From Adineta vaga (lineage: Eukaryota; Animalia; Rotifera): a stretch of 64,000 bases of DNA. This document shows, piece after piece, positions 1 to 21,400 of the stretch (positions within the stretch are counted from its first letter, which is position 1; each line of letters starts with the position of its first letter). The notes under the pieces are model-generated. The model had not been told where the DNA came from. It ran no database searches and was given only the letters and a program-made list of their open reading frames with translations. A program made the translations under genes and the position numbers. The stretch covers positions 7,254,001 through 7,318,000 of the forward strand of contig CP075494.1 in the NCBI GenBank assembly GCA_021613535.1, given 5' to 3'.

Positions 1-128
1 ATCAGCCACTAATCAAGCAAAAGAGCGAGCTGTGGTAATAAATAATCGAAAAGAAAAGATGATTAAATCTAATGCAATACAACTTTCTAATATTTGCCAT
101 ATTTCATTTTTCTAGATTGAGATAAGAT

Positions 129-5021
<4,893 letters not shown>

Positions 5022-5049
5022 ATAAACAAAAAAGAGAACCTAAAACTAT

Positions 5050-5075
5050 TCTAACTATCTGTTTTGTTTTTTCAG
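5050..5075 (+). promoter_or_regulatory. Orphan 3' splice acceptor (branch point + polypyrimidine tract + CAG); candidate SL trans-splice site
   Basis: ctaac-tatctgttttgttttttcag lies 2 nt before the FRS2-like ATG. There is no usable GT donor between the POLR3B stop and this site. Confidence 0.6.
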
Positions 5076-5077
5076 AT

Positions 5078-5900
5078 ATGGGAAACTATAATTCCACTCC
5101 CGATCTGACTAATACTGATAATATTATTAATAATAACAATATTTTTAAAGTTGATAATATAAATTCTTATGGTCGTAAACATTCTTCGGCAAAAATTCAA
5201 GTATCAGATGATAGTTTATGTATTCATCAAAAACATCGCCAATCATTATTTATTCCACTTGATACAATAAAACGTTATGGTCTTGATGATTCTATCTTCA
5301 TCCTTGAATGTGGCCGTCGTGCGCCACTGGGTCCAGCACGTTATGCATTTCGTTGTAAACAAGCCCAAAGTCTAGTTGATTGTTTAGATCAACGTATAAA
5401 TATGATTTCCACCGAATTATCAGATCAACAACAGCAACAAGATACGTCATTATTAAGTCTTACAAATGTTTCATCTACAATGAATAATCTCGGACGTATA
5501 CAATCAGCAATGTCGTTATCTTCAGCAACATCATTTTATAGAAATTCTGAGCCGGACCTATCTGAAAATTATTTTGCTTTCACAAGAGACAATAACGATC
5601 AATATTCACATGATATTGAAGTTAATTATACTGACTTCAAAAAATCAAATTCATCTGTAGAAACACCAGCTACTATCGAAACAGTAAGTGAATCTCTTTC
5701 ACAACTAAATTCTATACATTGAATTTTCTTTTCCTTTCCATCTTTAGCAAAAGTCAAATAATGCATCAGGAGTAGCAGCGGCAGCAACGGCGGCATCAAC
5801 AGCACGATCTTATGTTTATATTGATCATGAAAAAACGACAACACTCAAAGAAATAACGAAAGATCGATTACAACAACATCCGCGACGTACTGAAGCTTAA
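5078..5900 (+). CDS. FRS2: FGF receptor substrate 2/3-like adaptor (N-myristoylated, IRS-type PTB domain)
   Basis: Starts MG; PTB motif FKVDNIN...IKRYGLDDSIFILECGRRAPLGPARYAFRCKQAQSL resembles FRS2. Exons 5078-5683 and 5748-5900. The C-terminal SYVYIDHEKT resembles the FRS2 SHP2-binding site YAVIDIERT. Confidence 0.85.
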
Positions 5901-7146
5901 AAGGATGCGATCTTCCATCATTCTATTCTCATTTACTTTTCATTTCACTTCCTTTGTACATTCTTTGTAATATTGATTTTGATTAATTTATTACGAAAAC
6001 TATAATTTGCTGTGAAGTGCTCTCTCTCTCTCTCTATTAGTATTTGATTCATATTTTGTACTGTTTTTTGTATGTGGTTTTTTTCGCAATATAAAAGAAT
6101 TACTATATAACACCTTGCTTGTGTAGTATTTACCAATATGAATCACAATAATCAAGCAAGAACTATCAAACAACATGTATAAGAAACATACAGAAGTATA
6201 TCGGATGTATTGTTTCATCATTTTATATTGTTTGCCGTGACATGAATCCAAAATCGTCTCACAATAGTTCTTTGAATGATACGTATAGTTTTCTTCTTAA
6301 TCGACAAGTACAGTTTCACTAGAGAGCATTCTCGGTGATGTTAAAATGACTTTGCTGCAAAAGAATATGTGTGTAAGAAATTGTTTGATTAATTATAGCA
6401 CAGTAAACTAATCATTCAACGACTTCAACTACTTCGTTCATAATCTGATAAGATTCCATTCCAATCGATAGACACAAACAGATGAAAATGCAAGATTTGA
6501 CTAACATACGGTCTAGTCGTTTTCTAACAAATTATCGATGCAACAAAAAAGTGCTAACACTAATAACTCTGTTGACATTTTTCATCGTACTATAAAATTA
6601 TCAGATCCTATATGTAACAAAAAACAAGGACGATGTAGATGAATACATATTCAGTTGACATTTGATGTACACTATATTAAAATGAATCTCTATACTCTTT
6701 TGTAATATAAATTCAGTATAAAGATAAGTTGTATTTTTGTTTTCAAGTATTGTATTCCTGTTTGTATAGTTATTTAATGACCACATACTGCTACAATTTG
6801 TTTATGTAAATATATATATACGGAGATATTCATATTTAGCACGTGAAACTTTTTTTCAAGGAAGAAGAAACCAAAGAAAATAGAAGAGCATGAAATTAAA
6901 ACTGAGAATTAAAAGAAGACAAAAAGAGGCAAAGCTGAAACATAAACACAAGCAACAACAAATATATAGAATGTTTTCCTAAAAGAAAAAAGAGCATAAG
7001 AGTAGAGTACTTATACACGTACGCAAAAACGACTGAGTACACGACTACTACACAAGATAGATCATAGATTATAGAGATAAAGACAATCAAAAACAAAATA
7101 GATGATATTTTTTTTCTTTTAATTTCACATGCTCTTATTATTGCTT

Positions 7147-7958
7147 TTAAACATTAGGTGCTAATAATTGTCGAAGTACATCATCTTTAAGACAACCTTC
7201 AACGAATTCATCTCGAGAGATATTTTTATCATCATTAAGATCTAATTTTTCCATGATCTTCTTCACACGATTTTCTGGTGAATTGTCACTTTTACGATTT
7301 TCTTCGCCTAAGAACAAGAACATTTGAAATCCATTAATAATAATAATAGTGTAAGAAAAATGTCTCACCTAAAAGATCATAAATAGCCGTGATTACTTTG
7401 GTCATTTCTTTCTTATCGATCTAAATAGAAAAGAAAACAAACAATAATAGTTTGACATGACGTATGACTGAATTTCGAGGATTAATCACGCGCGTCTGTG
7501 TACAAATTAATAACTGATGCAACAATACATATCATGTCCTGTTGTATAGAACCGATATGTACATAAAGACAGAAGAAAAGCGATCTGTCCGTTCTTACTT
7601 GTCCATTCGAATTCATATCGTATATATCGAAAGCAAGACCAAGTTTATCTCGTACATCACCATTCGAATTAACATTGACAGCAAGTAAAAATTCGACAAA
7701 ATCAATATAACCATTATTATCCATATCGAATGTACGAAAGACTTGTGCACTATATTTTTCTGCTTCATGTTCAGGATAAAATTTCTTGTATACTTCAGTG
7801 AATTGTCGGGGTGATAATTTTCCATTTGGACAATCACGTAAAAAAGCGCTATGCCACTGGCGAATTTGTTCGGGTGTATAATTCGTATTTTTTGTCAGAC
7901 GATCGATTGTTTCATCGTCTAATTCTACACCAACTACTTTACTTTCTTTTTGACCCAT
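7147..7958 (-). CDS. Neuronal calcium sensor (neurocalcin/hippocalcin/NCS family), isoform B
   Basis: Exons 7958-7599, 7420-7369, 7307-7147. MGQKES myristoylation motif, DCPNG, and EF-hands DMDNNGYIDFVE, DMNSNGQIDKKE, DLNDDKNISRDE. Confidence 0.92.
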
Positions 7959-9468
7959 TCGGTATTATTGTTCTGAAGAAAAATTCTATCTGAATAAAGG
8001 TGATCGTGATACGCGTAATAATATGGCAAACGGCAAAGAGTAATGAAAGTGAAAACAAAACAAATGAGAATAGGAGAAAAAGAAGAGAAAGGTATTATTG
8101 ACAAGGAACAATGTATGAAAACAAAACAATAGAACACACCAAACAATAAATGATGCGCTATTCGATGGCTAACACACGCACTCAAATCGCTTATATGTTT
8201 TGTCTTCTACTTAATACAATTCTTCTCTCTCGCTCTCTATCTCGTTTTTTCTCTCTGTCCTATGACGACAAATATTGTCGACAAGTCAGCAGCTTGTAAA
8301 AAGAAACGAAAGAAGAGAAATAGTTATTAAAGATGCACTATGCGTATATGTATACATCTAATTGATATTCCGTTTTCTAGCTCTTATTATTATTACTATA
8401 TATATATATGTATTCTTATTGACGATCCAATGTAACAGCAGTGTGCGATGATGCGATACTGTGAGTGTCCTTTTTCGACGTTTGTTTATAAGGTCGACAT
8501 TTTCCATCCAATAAGTAATAGAAACTATGGGAAGAAAATCTATTGCCAAGAGAAAAATATCATAGAGAAAAAAACACAGCCATTAGGTTCTTGTTTAAAT
8601 ATATTCGACCAATATAGGAGTAAAAATACTGACAAAAACAATTCGTATGTTATTTCTTCAATTGTTCGACGGCGCGAATGACGATATGTAGATGTTGGCA
8701 ACAGCTGCTCTTATTTTTGCTTCATAATAAAAAACACGATCGACAAATTGAGTATGCAAATTCAGATTACATTCGCGAGCGTAAGTTACATTTATCGAAT
8801 CGAAAAATATTCTCATTCATTCTTTCACAACAATTTCTTTTCATATTTATATTACCTTTCCATTTTTATTCATGTCATACATATCAAAAGCCAATCGAAG
8901 TTTTTCCCGAATATCACCTAAAGTATTAATATGAAATATCATTTTTAGTTAATTAGATCATTTCTAGAACGAACCATGTGATGTTATATTAACAGCAATA
9001 AGAAATTCCACGAAGTCAATATATCCATTATCATCTGAATCTAATTAGTGATGATGATGATGAAAGTAATAGATTGTTAGATATATTTTTCTTTTTCAAA
9101 TTCTATATTTACCAAATGTTTTGAAAACTTGAGAACAGAATTTTTCTGCTTTGCCTTCCGGATAGAATTTCTTAAAAGTAAAACAAAAGACAATAAAATT
9201 AATCCGTTTTTTTATTTAATTAATCAATTGAATACCTTGTAGACTTCTAAGAATTTCTTTTTGTCAAGTTTACCACTAGGACAATCACTAGAGAATAAGA
9301 CAAAGATAATAAATTGAATTAATTTAGATAATTCTTATACCGAAGAAATCCTTGATGCCAATCATTAATTTGTTGTCGTGAATATGTTGTATTTTTTGTT
9401 AATCGTTCAATTTCTTCATCAGATAAATGAGTTAAATCTTTTTTATGTTTACTCGTTTTTTGACCCAT
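7147..9468 (-). CDS. Neuronal calcium sensor, isoform A (alternative duplicated N-terminal half spliced to the shared 3' exons)
   Basis: Exons 9468-9341, 9287-9236, 9170-9113, 9040-8975 and 8917-8856 encode MGQKTSK...DCPSG...DSDDNGYIDFVE...YDMNKNGK, ending at a phase-0 donor. The only matching continuation I found (IDKKEMTK) is the exon at 7420. Confidence 0.8.
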
Positions 9469-10259
9469 TTCGTTTTTGTTTACAAGTTTGATTAGATACA
9501 ACAAACTTTTTAATCGATTTCAATAATACTTCTATAAGAAAAACATAAGAATGTAGAGATGTAGAGATTATCGACACAAAAACAAAGATTAACGACTATA
9601 TGACATACAATATAATCGAATTTTGTCTTCTATCCAAACAATTTATGATATGCAAGAAATGAATAATCAATACGATGAATAACTCTTCTATCGAATCATA
9701 CTGATACTCAGTAAATAAAAACCATAGGCACATACATTTATTCATACATTATAGTTATATGTATAAACGCAAGAACAAGTAGTTAGGTCGAACGCATGCG
9801 CGCACACACACACACCAAACACACTACGTATTACAAAAAAATATATGCGTTCTTTCTTTTTTTTACTACATCCTGCATTCTCTCATAACGACGAAGACGA
9901 CCGACGACGATCATCGTAGCAGTAACGGCAGCATTGCTTCATTGTGGTTGTCAAAAAAAAAGAGAAGCGGACCGGTCGAATAAACGAACGAGAAAGAAAG
10001 AAAGAAAGAAAGAAAGAGACACAGACAGAAAGAAAAGTAAATGCCGTTATTCATTATAATATTCTTTTTCTTTTCTGTGCTTCTTTCTCCAATGTATTCT
10101 ACTAACAATGATAAACCATTACACAAGCATCAGACTATACGCTGAAGCTTTATATACTTCCAATCATTATTAAATTGTTTATCTCATATATATTTCTTCG
10201 CTTGTTCTTTAATATGTAAATGAAATACAAAAGAAAAAAACAAAAACTTTCGTTTTAAG

Positions 10260-11003
10260 TTAATAAAAACTTTCAATAGGCCAATTAGAAAACTTTAATT
10301 GTTTTTGTATTGGATTACCATAATAAGCTGCTGTTGTATTTCCATAGATTTCGACTGCATTCTGTGGTAAAACTCGCCATCCAATTATCTAGATAATCAA
10401 GACAATTCTTTAATGAAGCAAAGAAATATCCTTAGTATCGAAACTAACATCATTTTCCGTTTGAGGAAATGCTCCTAAGATACGACGACGACGTTGACCG
10501 CTCAAACGTTGATTTAGGGGTGGAAGAATGTCACTTGATTGTTGCCATTCAGGACGTTTTAATGAAATAATATCATTCTCTCGAGAAATATCATGAACTT
10601 TCGCCATATTTTTATACATCTGGAATATATTATTAATCAAGAAATATTTCTCATAGAAGAAATAATCCTACTTGACGATATTCATTGGCAAACCATGGAT
10701 CAAATTTCGTTGCCCATGTTCGATTTGTTGCTTCATCTTTCAAAATAATCTCTGTTCTAGAAAAAAATGTTTTTCAATTTTTTTCCCTTTCACAATGATT
10801 TGATCTTACTTGTATGCAAGCAATGCAGTGTAATTGATAAAATCCGCACTCTTTGATCGAGTATTAGTTGATTGATTATTTTTCGTAGTTGTTCGAATTG
10901 CTGGTCGACTTTTTGAAACTAAATAAATTTGTCAAAAAATAAAAATTCGTCTTTTGATTATCACTTGTTATATTTTACCATGATGAGCATTTTCTTTGGA
11001 CAT
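10260..11003 (-). CDS. CIMIP1/C20orf85 (LLC1)-like ciliary microtubule inner protein, 5 exons
   Basis: Spliced product MSKENAHH...ILKDEATNRTWATKF...FPQTENDIIGWR...KQLKFSNWPIESFY*. The PQT-x3-IGWR and terminal WP motifs resemble C20orf85. Confidence 0.65.
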
Positions 11004-12532
11004 ATTAACTATTAAAAATAAATAAATATACAAGTATGATTTCTTCTCTTTATTGAAATCTCTTAGAATTAAATGGAACAAACCAAGCGATTCAAATCAT
11101 ATCTTCCAATCTCGATCTTGTTCTAGAGTTCTTTTAGTCCTGAAATCGTTCCTAGAAGATTTTTCGATGAAAATAAACAACCTCGCCCTATCGAAACTAA
11201 TTTCATTCCTATTCATCGAGAGAAATGACTGGTAACTAAATGATTAATAATCTTTGTTGTATTACCTTAGTTTGACTGATGATGTTGAATTAAATTATAC
11301 GCAAATACACAAATGATTTGAAAGGAAAATGAATTCATTTTTCAAAAAAGAAAAAGTATTTTTAATCAATCACCTATGTAGTTCTTTCAACAGTTAAATA
11401 AACAGGAAATATGATCGAACAATGAACCGGATATACCCATTATTTCGTCTTATGATATAAGATTAAGGGTAAAATGCGACTTGAATTGAATCTTACGAGC
11501 AGGTAAAGTTTGATGAATTACACTTAAGAATATCTGCACAGGTTTGACTACAGATTGTTCAATCATTTTGTAACGTATGAGATGAAATGACAATGGATAG
11601 AATTAGTATGTACTTTGTTTGTGGAATTAATTTCAATCACATTAGCACACATTTCCAGAGAATAAACAGCGATAAAGGAAACATTTACACGGTGGTTATG
11701 AAACGATGTCTTGTATAATCACGGATTCAATAATATGATATCAATTAACACACAGGGTTTATATATATAATATGTTCAATCAATTACTATCGATTTCTGG
11801 TATTTGAGATTACTATAGAAACATTATTAAAAGATGGTAAACTAGTTTTCATTGAAGTCATATCGAAAACTTAATGGAAATAATCAGCAATAATTTGCAT
11901 CTCATGATGTAATCTCTAATATCTCGTAATCAAGAACTTATTCCAATTGAATGTTCTATGACTATAAAGAATTGATCATAACGAATCGTTACAAATTTCC
12001 AATGTCAACCTATCAAAAATGGTTCAATGAAGACATATTGACATTGATCAATTGATTAGCTCATCTGTATCAACAGTAAACAAAACATTGTTATATAATA
12101 AGTACAACTCAGTTCAAACAGTTTCACCATTGCGCATCTCAAAACAACGATATGTCACGAGATCTTTGTATTCATTCTTCATGTCAACAGTGTAAAAAAG
12201 TAATAAATGATGTTTATGAATAACCTTTATCAGGATGATTAGATCTGACAGAAAACATTCGATTAATAGTATCCATATTTTTGTCTTGCACAAAATTTTG
12301 TTTTATTAGTTTTTCACACATGCACATGTTGACAAAAAAGAATTTGAAGAAGAAAAAGTTTGAGCTAGAAATGATGAATACATACGCACACATGAGAAGA
12401 GAAAAAGCACATAAACAACAGATACATTAAGAACAAAAGAAAAAGAGAAGAGATAGAGAGAAAGAAGCTTGTAAGCAAAAAAAAGAAAGAGAAAATTATT
12501 CTTGATTGCAAATAAGAAAGAAATTTTCATTA

Positions 12533-13251
12533 TTACATCAGTCGACATCGACTTAAATATCGACGTTTTTTTCGTTTCTTTTTTATTGGATTTTGATTTT
12601 GATTCTGTAGTCTAATTGCACGAACAAGTTCGTGAAATGCAGCATCAACATTAACTGGTGGAACTTTGGCACTCGTTTCAATATATGGAATTTGTAATTC
12701 AGTTGCTAATTCACGACCTTCTTCTTCGGATACTTTGCGTAGATGAACTAAATCAATTTTATTTGCTACAAGTATCATTGGATAAGATTTTCTATTCAAA
12801 TAAATAAATAGATTTGTTTTGTCTTTGGAAGAAACTCAAATGAAAATCTACCTGTCTTTAACTCGAAGAATTTGATTATAAAATTGTCGTGTATTTTTAA
12901 ATGAATTTGGATCAATCACAGAATAAACAATAAGAAAACCATCACCTTTACGCATATATTGTTCACGTAAAGCAGAAAATTCCTCTTGACCAGCTGTATC
13001 AAGAACATCAAGGACACAAACTTGTCGATCAACTTCAACATGTTGAATGTAACTATCTTCAATCGTTGGGTCATAATCTTCAACGAACATTTTTTGAAAG
13101 AACTACAAAACAAAAATATTATTACGATACGCCTATTAGTGAATGATTCATTCAGATTTACTTGAATAGTCAAGGCCGATTTGCCAACACCACCTTCACC
13201 GACGACCACCAATTTATAGGTAACAGCATTGTCAGGCGGGGCACTTTGCAT
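12533..13251 (-). CDS. MRAS: Ras-related protein M-Ras (R-Ras3), 3 coding exons
   Basis: [74 protein letters not shown] (the PP insert typical of M-Ras), a polybasic tail and CAAX box CRLM. Confidence 0.93.
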
Positions 13252-14120
13252 GATGAACACCGGAAATACTCTGTAGATTGATTTTGTGTTAAAGAATAGT
13301 ACGAAGTAGCATAGCGTGTCAATTGCGATGGAAATGAGTCATCAATATAGTGACGAAAAGCGAAGAGAGAGAAAGATACGATAGAATGGACATGTCTGTC
13401 AGTCAGTCAACAATAACATGAAACGAAGAAGATCCCAGGAAGAAAAATCAACGAGAAAAGACTGAGAAAGAAATATTTATATAAGAAGAGGAAAAAGAAA
13501 AGAAGACGAGTGCAAAAAGGAAAAATAACAGTAAGTTACATGGATTGATGGTAATCTTTTTCCAATTAATAATAAGCATTGAGAAAGATGACGCTAAGAA
13601 CTGGAAGTAGAAAAATGTAATATAAGATTGCAGCAAGCGACATCATATAAAGTAAATTGAACTGTAGTTGAACACAGTTATTTTGCTTGAACAAGAGTGA
13701 TCATTTTTGGTTACGCTAAAGAACATAACATTCGATCATATTCTAAAGAATGTAACAAAATGACTTCTATACTTCTTCTTGATGAAGAATATTAGTTTGT
13801 ACAACTGTTAGTCTCATGAGCCTCGATCCTATGTAAGCTTCGTTTGACTTTTCTCGCTAACTATCGTCGAATGATTTCATGAAGTAGATTCTAAGTAAAT
13901 AGTATTTTTATCTATGAATAACTAAATATCTTTTCCAATAGACAAATTATCAAAATATTTGTTGAGTAATCTTCGTTTTTTTATATATTGCAAATAAACG
14001 TTTTAAAAAAAATATTTGACACAAAAAGAAAGAAAAGCAACAAAACAACAGAAAAACAATTCAAAGTCAAATGCTATGTATACAAAATGTCTGATGATGA
14101 TGATGATTTATAGAGGAAAG

Positions 14121-17293
<3,173 letters not shown>

Positions 17294-18365
17294 GATCTGA
17301 AAGACAGAAAGAAAGATAGAACGACAGGCCAGTTGATTAATACATTTTGACATTTGGTCTCAATGTAATTCAATGAAATGGTCCTTGTAAGATACTAATC
17401 AAATCTTCTACTTCTGTCCTTAAGAAGACTGCGAATGATTATTGTTGTCTACTGCTGTTTATCAATTGATCAAACAGAAGGTGGGAGAAATAATTCCGTC
17501 GATCGGCATATCTTCGTTAGAGAAAATGTCAATCAGATCTAATAACATGCAAAAATTAGTATTCTTTATGAATACTCGAAGAAATTCGAGATGTTTTTCT
17601 TTACATCTCTTTTTTCTTTATCTCTAACAATCTAATTATCTAACCTTCATAGAGAATCGTGAAATGATTGAAAATTATGTTTTGATGGTGAAAAGAGAAA
17701 AAAATAATGAATGAAATTGTCAAAAAGAAATGTAGACAGTTATAATATGTGACGCAGTTAGATTTGAAAACATTAATAATAATTCCTTTCTATTTGACAA
17801 TCGATTTAGACTTGATCACGAATATAATCAAATCCTATAACTGCAACTGTCATTGTAAATAAACAGGAACATTCAAACTTTCTTACTCCTCGTCATTTGA
17901 AATCTATGCTTATGAAAAAAGAAATCATGAAAGGTAAAATGAATGAATGAATGTTTATGGTACGACTACTTGTCATGAGATGTTTCAACACAATTATAAA
18001 CATGCAGAAGTATACACGCAAGTTTAACACAAATGAAGGTTAACAAAAAATCCTTGAAAACTTCGATGATATACAAGAGAAGAAGATATAAATAATTATG
18101 AAGAATAAATTCTCTTTCTCAGTTGATAATCTTCGATGAGAAAAGACAAAAGAAAGTTTACAATAACTATGATCTATTCAAATGTTTATCTTAGAGAAAT
18201 ATTGCTCATATACACACGCATGTACCTAGCTATAAGTCAAGGAAAGAATAAGCAATCAAAAGGAGAGTATGATCACTCAAATGAACATCAATGAAGAGGT
18301 TTGCAATCATATAGATATACTTCAATACTTTCCTTTATAGATTCTATAGTGCAATCACATGTACT

Positions 18366-18367
<2 letters not shown>

Positions 18368-18397
<30 letters not shown>
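18368..18397. repeat. (CAT)10 microsatellite
   Basis: Read directly; lies in the non-coding region upstream of FGFR. Confidence 0.9.
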
Positions 18398-18398
<1 letters not shown>

Positions 18399-18584
18399 GC
18401 CGTCTCGTTGTATTCAAGGGCGTATATGAGAGCGCAATTATTCTTGCTTTTTTTTCTCAACAACGCACCCTGCAGTAAGACACAATGATGACTTTCTTCG
18501 CCTTTACGTACAACATATGTACACATAAACTCAAACAAATAAGCATTCTTAACCTTCTGCTCTGTTCAACTTAAAATAAAGAAA

Positions 18585-18605
18585 GAAGAAGAAGAAGAAG
18601 AAGAA
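18585..18605. repeat. (GAA)7 microsatellite
   Basis: Read directly. Confidence 0.85.
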
Positions 18606-21400
18606 AAACCGAAGTTAAACAATATGAATAGGTTAGTTCGAAGTGTCACTTCACTTTCAGAAAGTAAAATGACGATTAAAATAACACGAAAGCAAAAGAA
18701 TATCATCATATTACTTTTCCATAATAACTGGCTTGATCCCAATCAGTGCTAATAAAACAGTAACAAGTCATTATTGTCATGTTCCTTTTTTTTTCCTTCT
18801 CTGTGACAAGCAAATGTTAATGGTCATCGATCCTTTTGTTTGTATTTTACTACGAAGAATGTTTGATTGTGCAATAATCGGATGTACACATGTGGTGAAA
18901 GCTGCTTTCTATCAACCACTTCTTTCGATGAAATATGTCAACAAGCAATATTATTCAAACATATTTACATATATCTTTATTTGAGATTTTCTTCTTGATA
19001 TAAAATAAAAAATTAATCGTAGAGATTAAACTGATATGAAGAGAAGAAAAACGAATTCCATAGGATTGATTTACTCACCTGTTGACACACTATTAAATAA
19101 GTTTCATATTGAAAGTATACTTGGCGTTAGTACGTAGTTCTTATCTATCTGTCAGATTCGTCTTTGTTTGTAATGTCAGCAGATGAATGATGATGATCGG
19201 TTCATAAATACGAATCAAGGAGAACAAAATCATCGCCATTAACCTTTCAGTTTGCTTGGCATATATGTCTTCTTGTCACGGAATGAAGCAAAAAAAAGGC
19301 AACTAGAATCATATTTCAAAATAAGCGCTATGAACCGAAACATTACCGTTTGAGAAAGGTAAAGGAAAATATGTATCACTGCGGTTTTCAAATAGTATTG
19401 TACAGAACAAATAAAAACAAGCAATGAAGAAGATAGAGAGAAAAAAGAAAGAAAAAAAGGTGATGGGTTGTCTTTAGTATTCTTCTCTTTTTTGACGTCT
19501 ATTCTTCATTATCGCTTTTCTCCTTTTTTTTTTCATCGTCCCTCACATAACTATCGACATACGATATCACTCGTCCATCAAATCATCATTGATACACGAG
19601 GTATACACACACATAATTTCACAATTAAAGCGGCAAACAACAAGCAAATGAGAGGGAAAGAGCGCAAGAAAAAAGAATGAGAGCTTATGTATGTTGAACA
19701 GATGAATGTCTGATCTAATACCATCATTGTTTATTGTACACTGACTGCTTGTAGAATAGTTAAAAGATTGATAACTTAAAAGTAGAAGTTTATGTCTTCT
19801 GTAGGAGGTTAAAAAAACTATTAGATAATCAACGTATGTTGACCATTACAATAATCAACACATATAGTCACGTTTATTTCTTTGCTCTATCTTTCTATCT
19901 GTCTGTTATTACGTAAGATAATGAAGTTGTTCAATTTTGTTTCAACATATTTATCACTCAGGAAAAAAACTTAATCGAACCGTGAAATGAATTGTAATTG
20001 GCAGTGAATCTAAAGTGAAAATGGGCTTGTTCTGATTGTACATAAGTACAATCAAAGAAATAGCTGTTCGACAAATGAGATAAACAAATTACTTGTTTGA
20101 ATAACACTGACCTAGATTAATTTTGCCGACGGGTGGAAGACAGACTCTTGTCTTCATTAACCAATACTGAGAACAAAACAGTAATAAACATGATGAACAT
20201 GCATATGGATAAAGAAGCATGCGTAATATCTATTAACTATGTATACATAAGCCAAACGAGATTCATACGTTGAAGATCACTTGACTGGAATAAAGATGAT
20301 CATTTCCTTATAGGATATATATGTACAGATGAAATGAGAATAGATAAACGAAGAATTATCAAAGCAGAATTAAGTTCTGCAATATAATTTTCTATAAGCA
20401 AATGTTTGTTTATTTAGAAAGGTGATTTTCCAGTCAAATAATTCAAGTTTTATTTTTTTATTTTTCAAAAACAACTACGTACAGAAAACACATAAAAATG
20501 TATTGTTCAATATCAAATTGATTAACTGATGCATGTTTTTTTTGTCGTGTTAGTAATCACATCTGTTTAAATATTTCAGTGATGATAAACTTGATTCTAC
20601 AGAGGTAGTATTCTTATGTATTTTTCTTGTTTATACTGTAACCTTTCATTTGTTGAGAGAATTTATTGTTAGCAACGATCATCAATGATCTTTACATCAG
20701 TTTATAAACTAATAACGTACCAATGCTTTTATGTTGTATTCCATTCGACTATTAGGGTAACCATGCGATTGGAAGCCGGTATATTGATGTCCTTCAATAG
20801 GATAGTATTACCTCTAGTATTTCTCAATATCATTGGAAAATGATTTTCTATCAAATGAAATCTCTTTTTTTTTCTTCACATCTGACAAATCAGTTATATA
20901 AATAGAAATATTCTTTGTTCTGATAGGCGATGAACATTAGTCCTTGATACCGTCGAATAAAATACGATAAAAAATTTCTAACAAATATCGTTAATTCAGG
21001 CATCAGACGGCTGTACAACACACTTTACTTATGATTAACTTATAAACTAACAGATATACCCAAGGAGAGCATATGGAAACCAATATGTTGAATGGAACGC
21101 TACTGTATATTGATTAAGAAAACATCTATTTAGTCAAGTATGGCATCTTGACCAATTCATCTCTTAACATTGATTTAGTACGATTCAACAATGTATCTTG
21201 AAAAGAAATGAAATGAGGAGAAAAAAAGAAACTTTAGCTTTGAATAAATCAATAGTCTATAGAAGTTTATTAATTGCATCTATAAAAGAAAGAAAGAAAC
21301 AGATCCAAGACGAAGACGAAGAAGGAAAATAAAAGGAATAATATATAATGTTGCTTTTTTTTCTGACTTTTTTTTATTAGTTTTCTTTTTCTTAATTTGT

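Noticed and set aside
20752-20765. TAGGGTAACCAT, resembling a hAT/MITE terminal repeat
   Set aside because: No partner TIR or target-site duplication found.
17400-21300. Several 60-85 aa ORFs in the region upstream of FGFR
   Set aside because: Low-complexity or microsatellite-derived, with no splice support or recognisable motifs; likely regulatory or UTR sequence.
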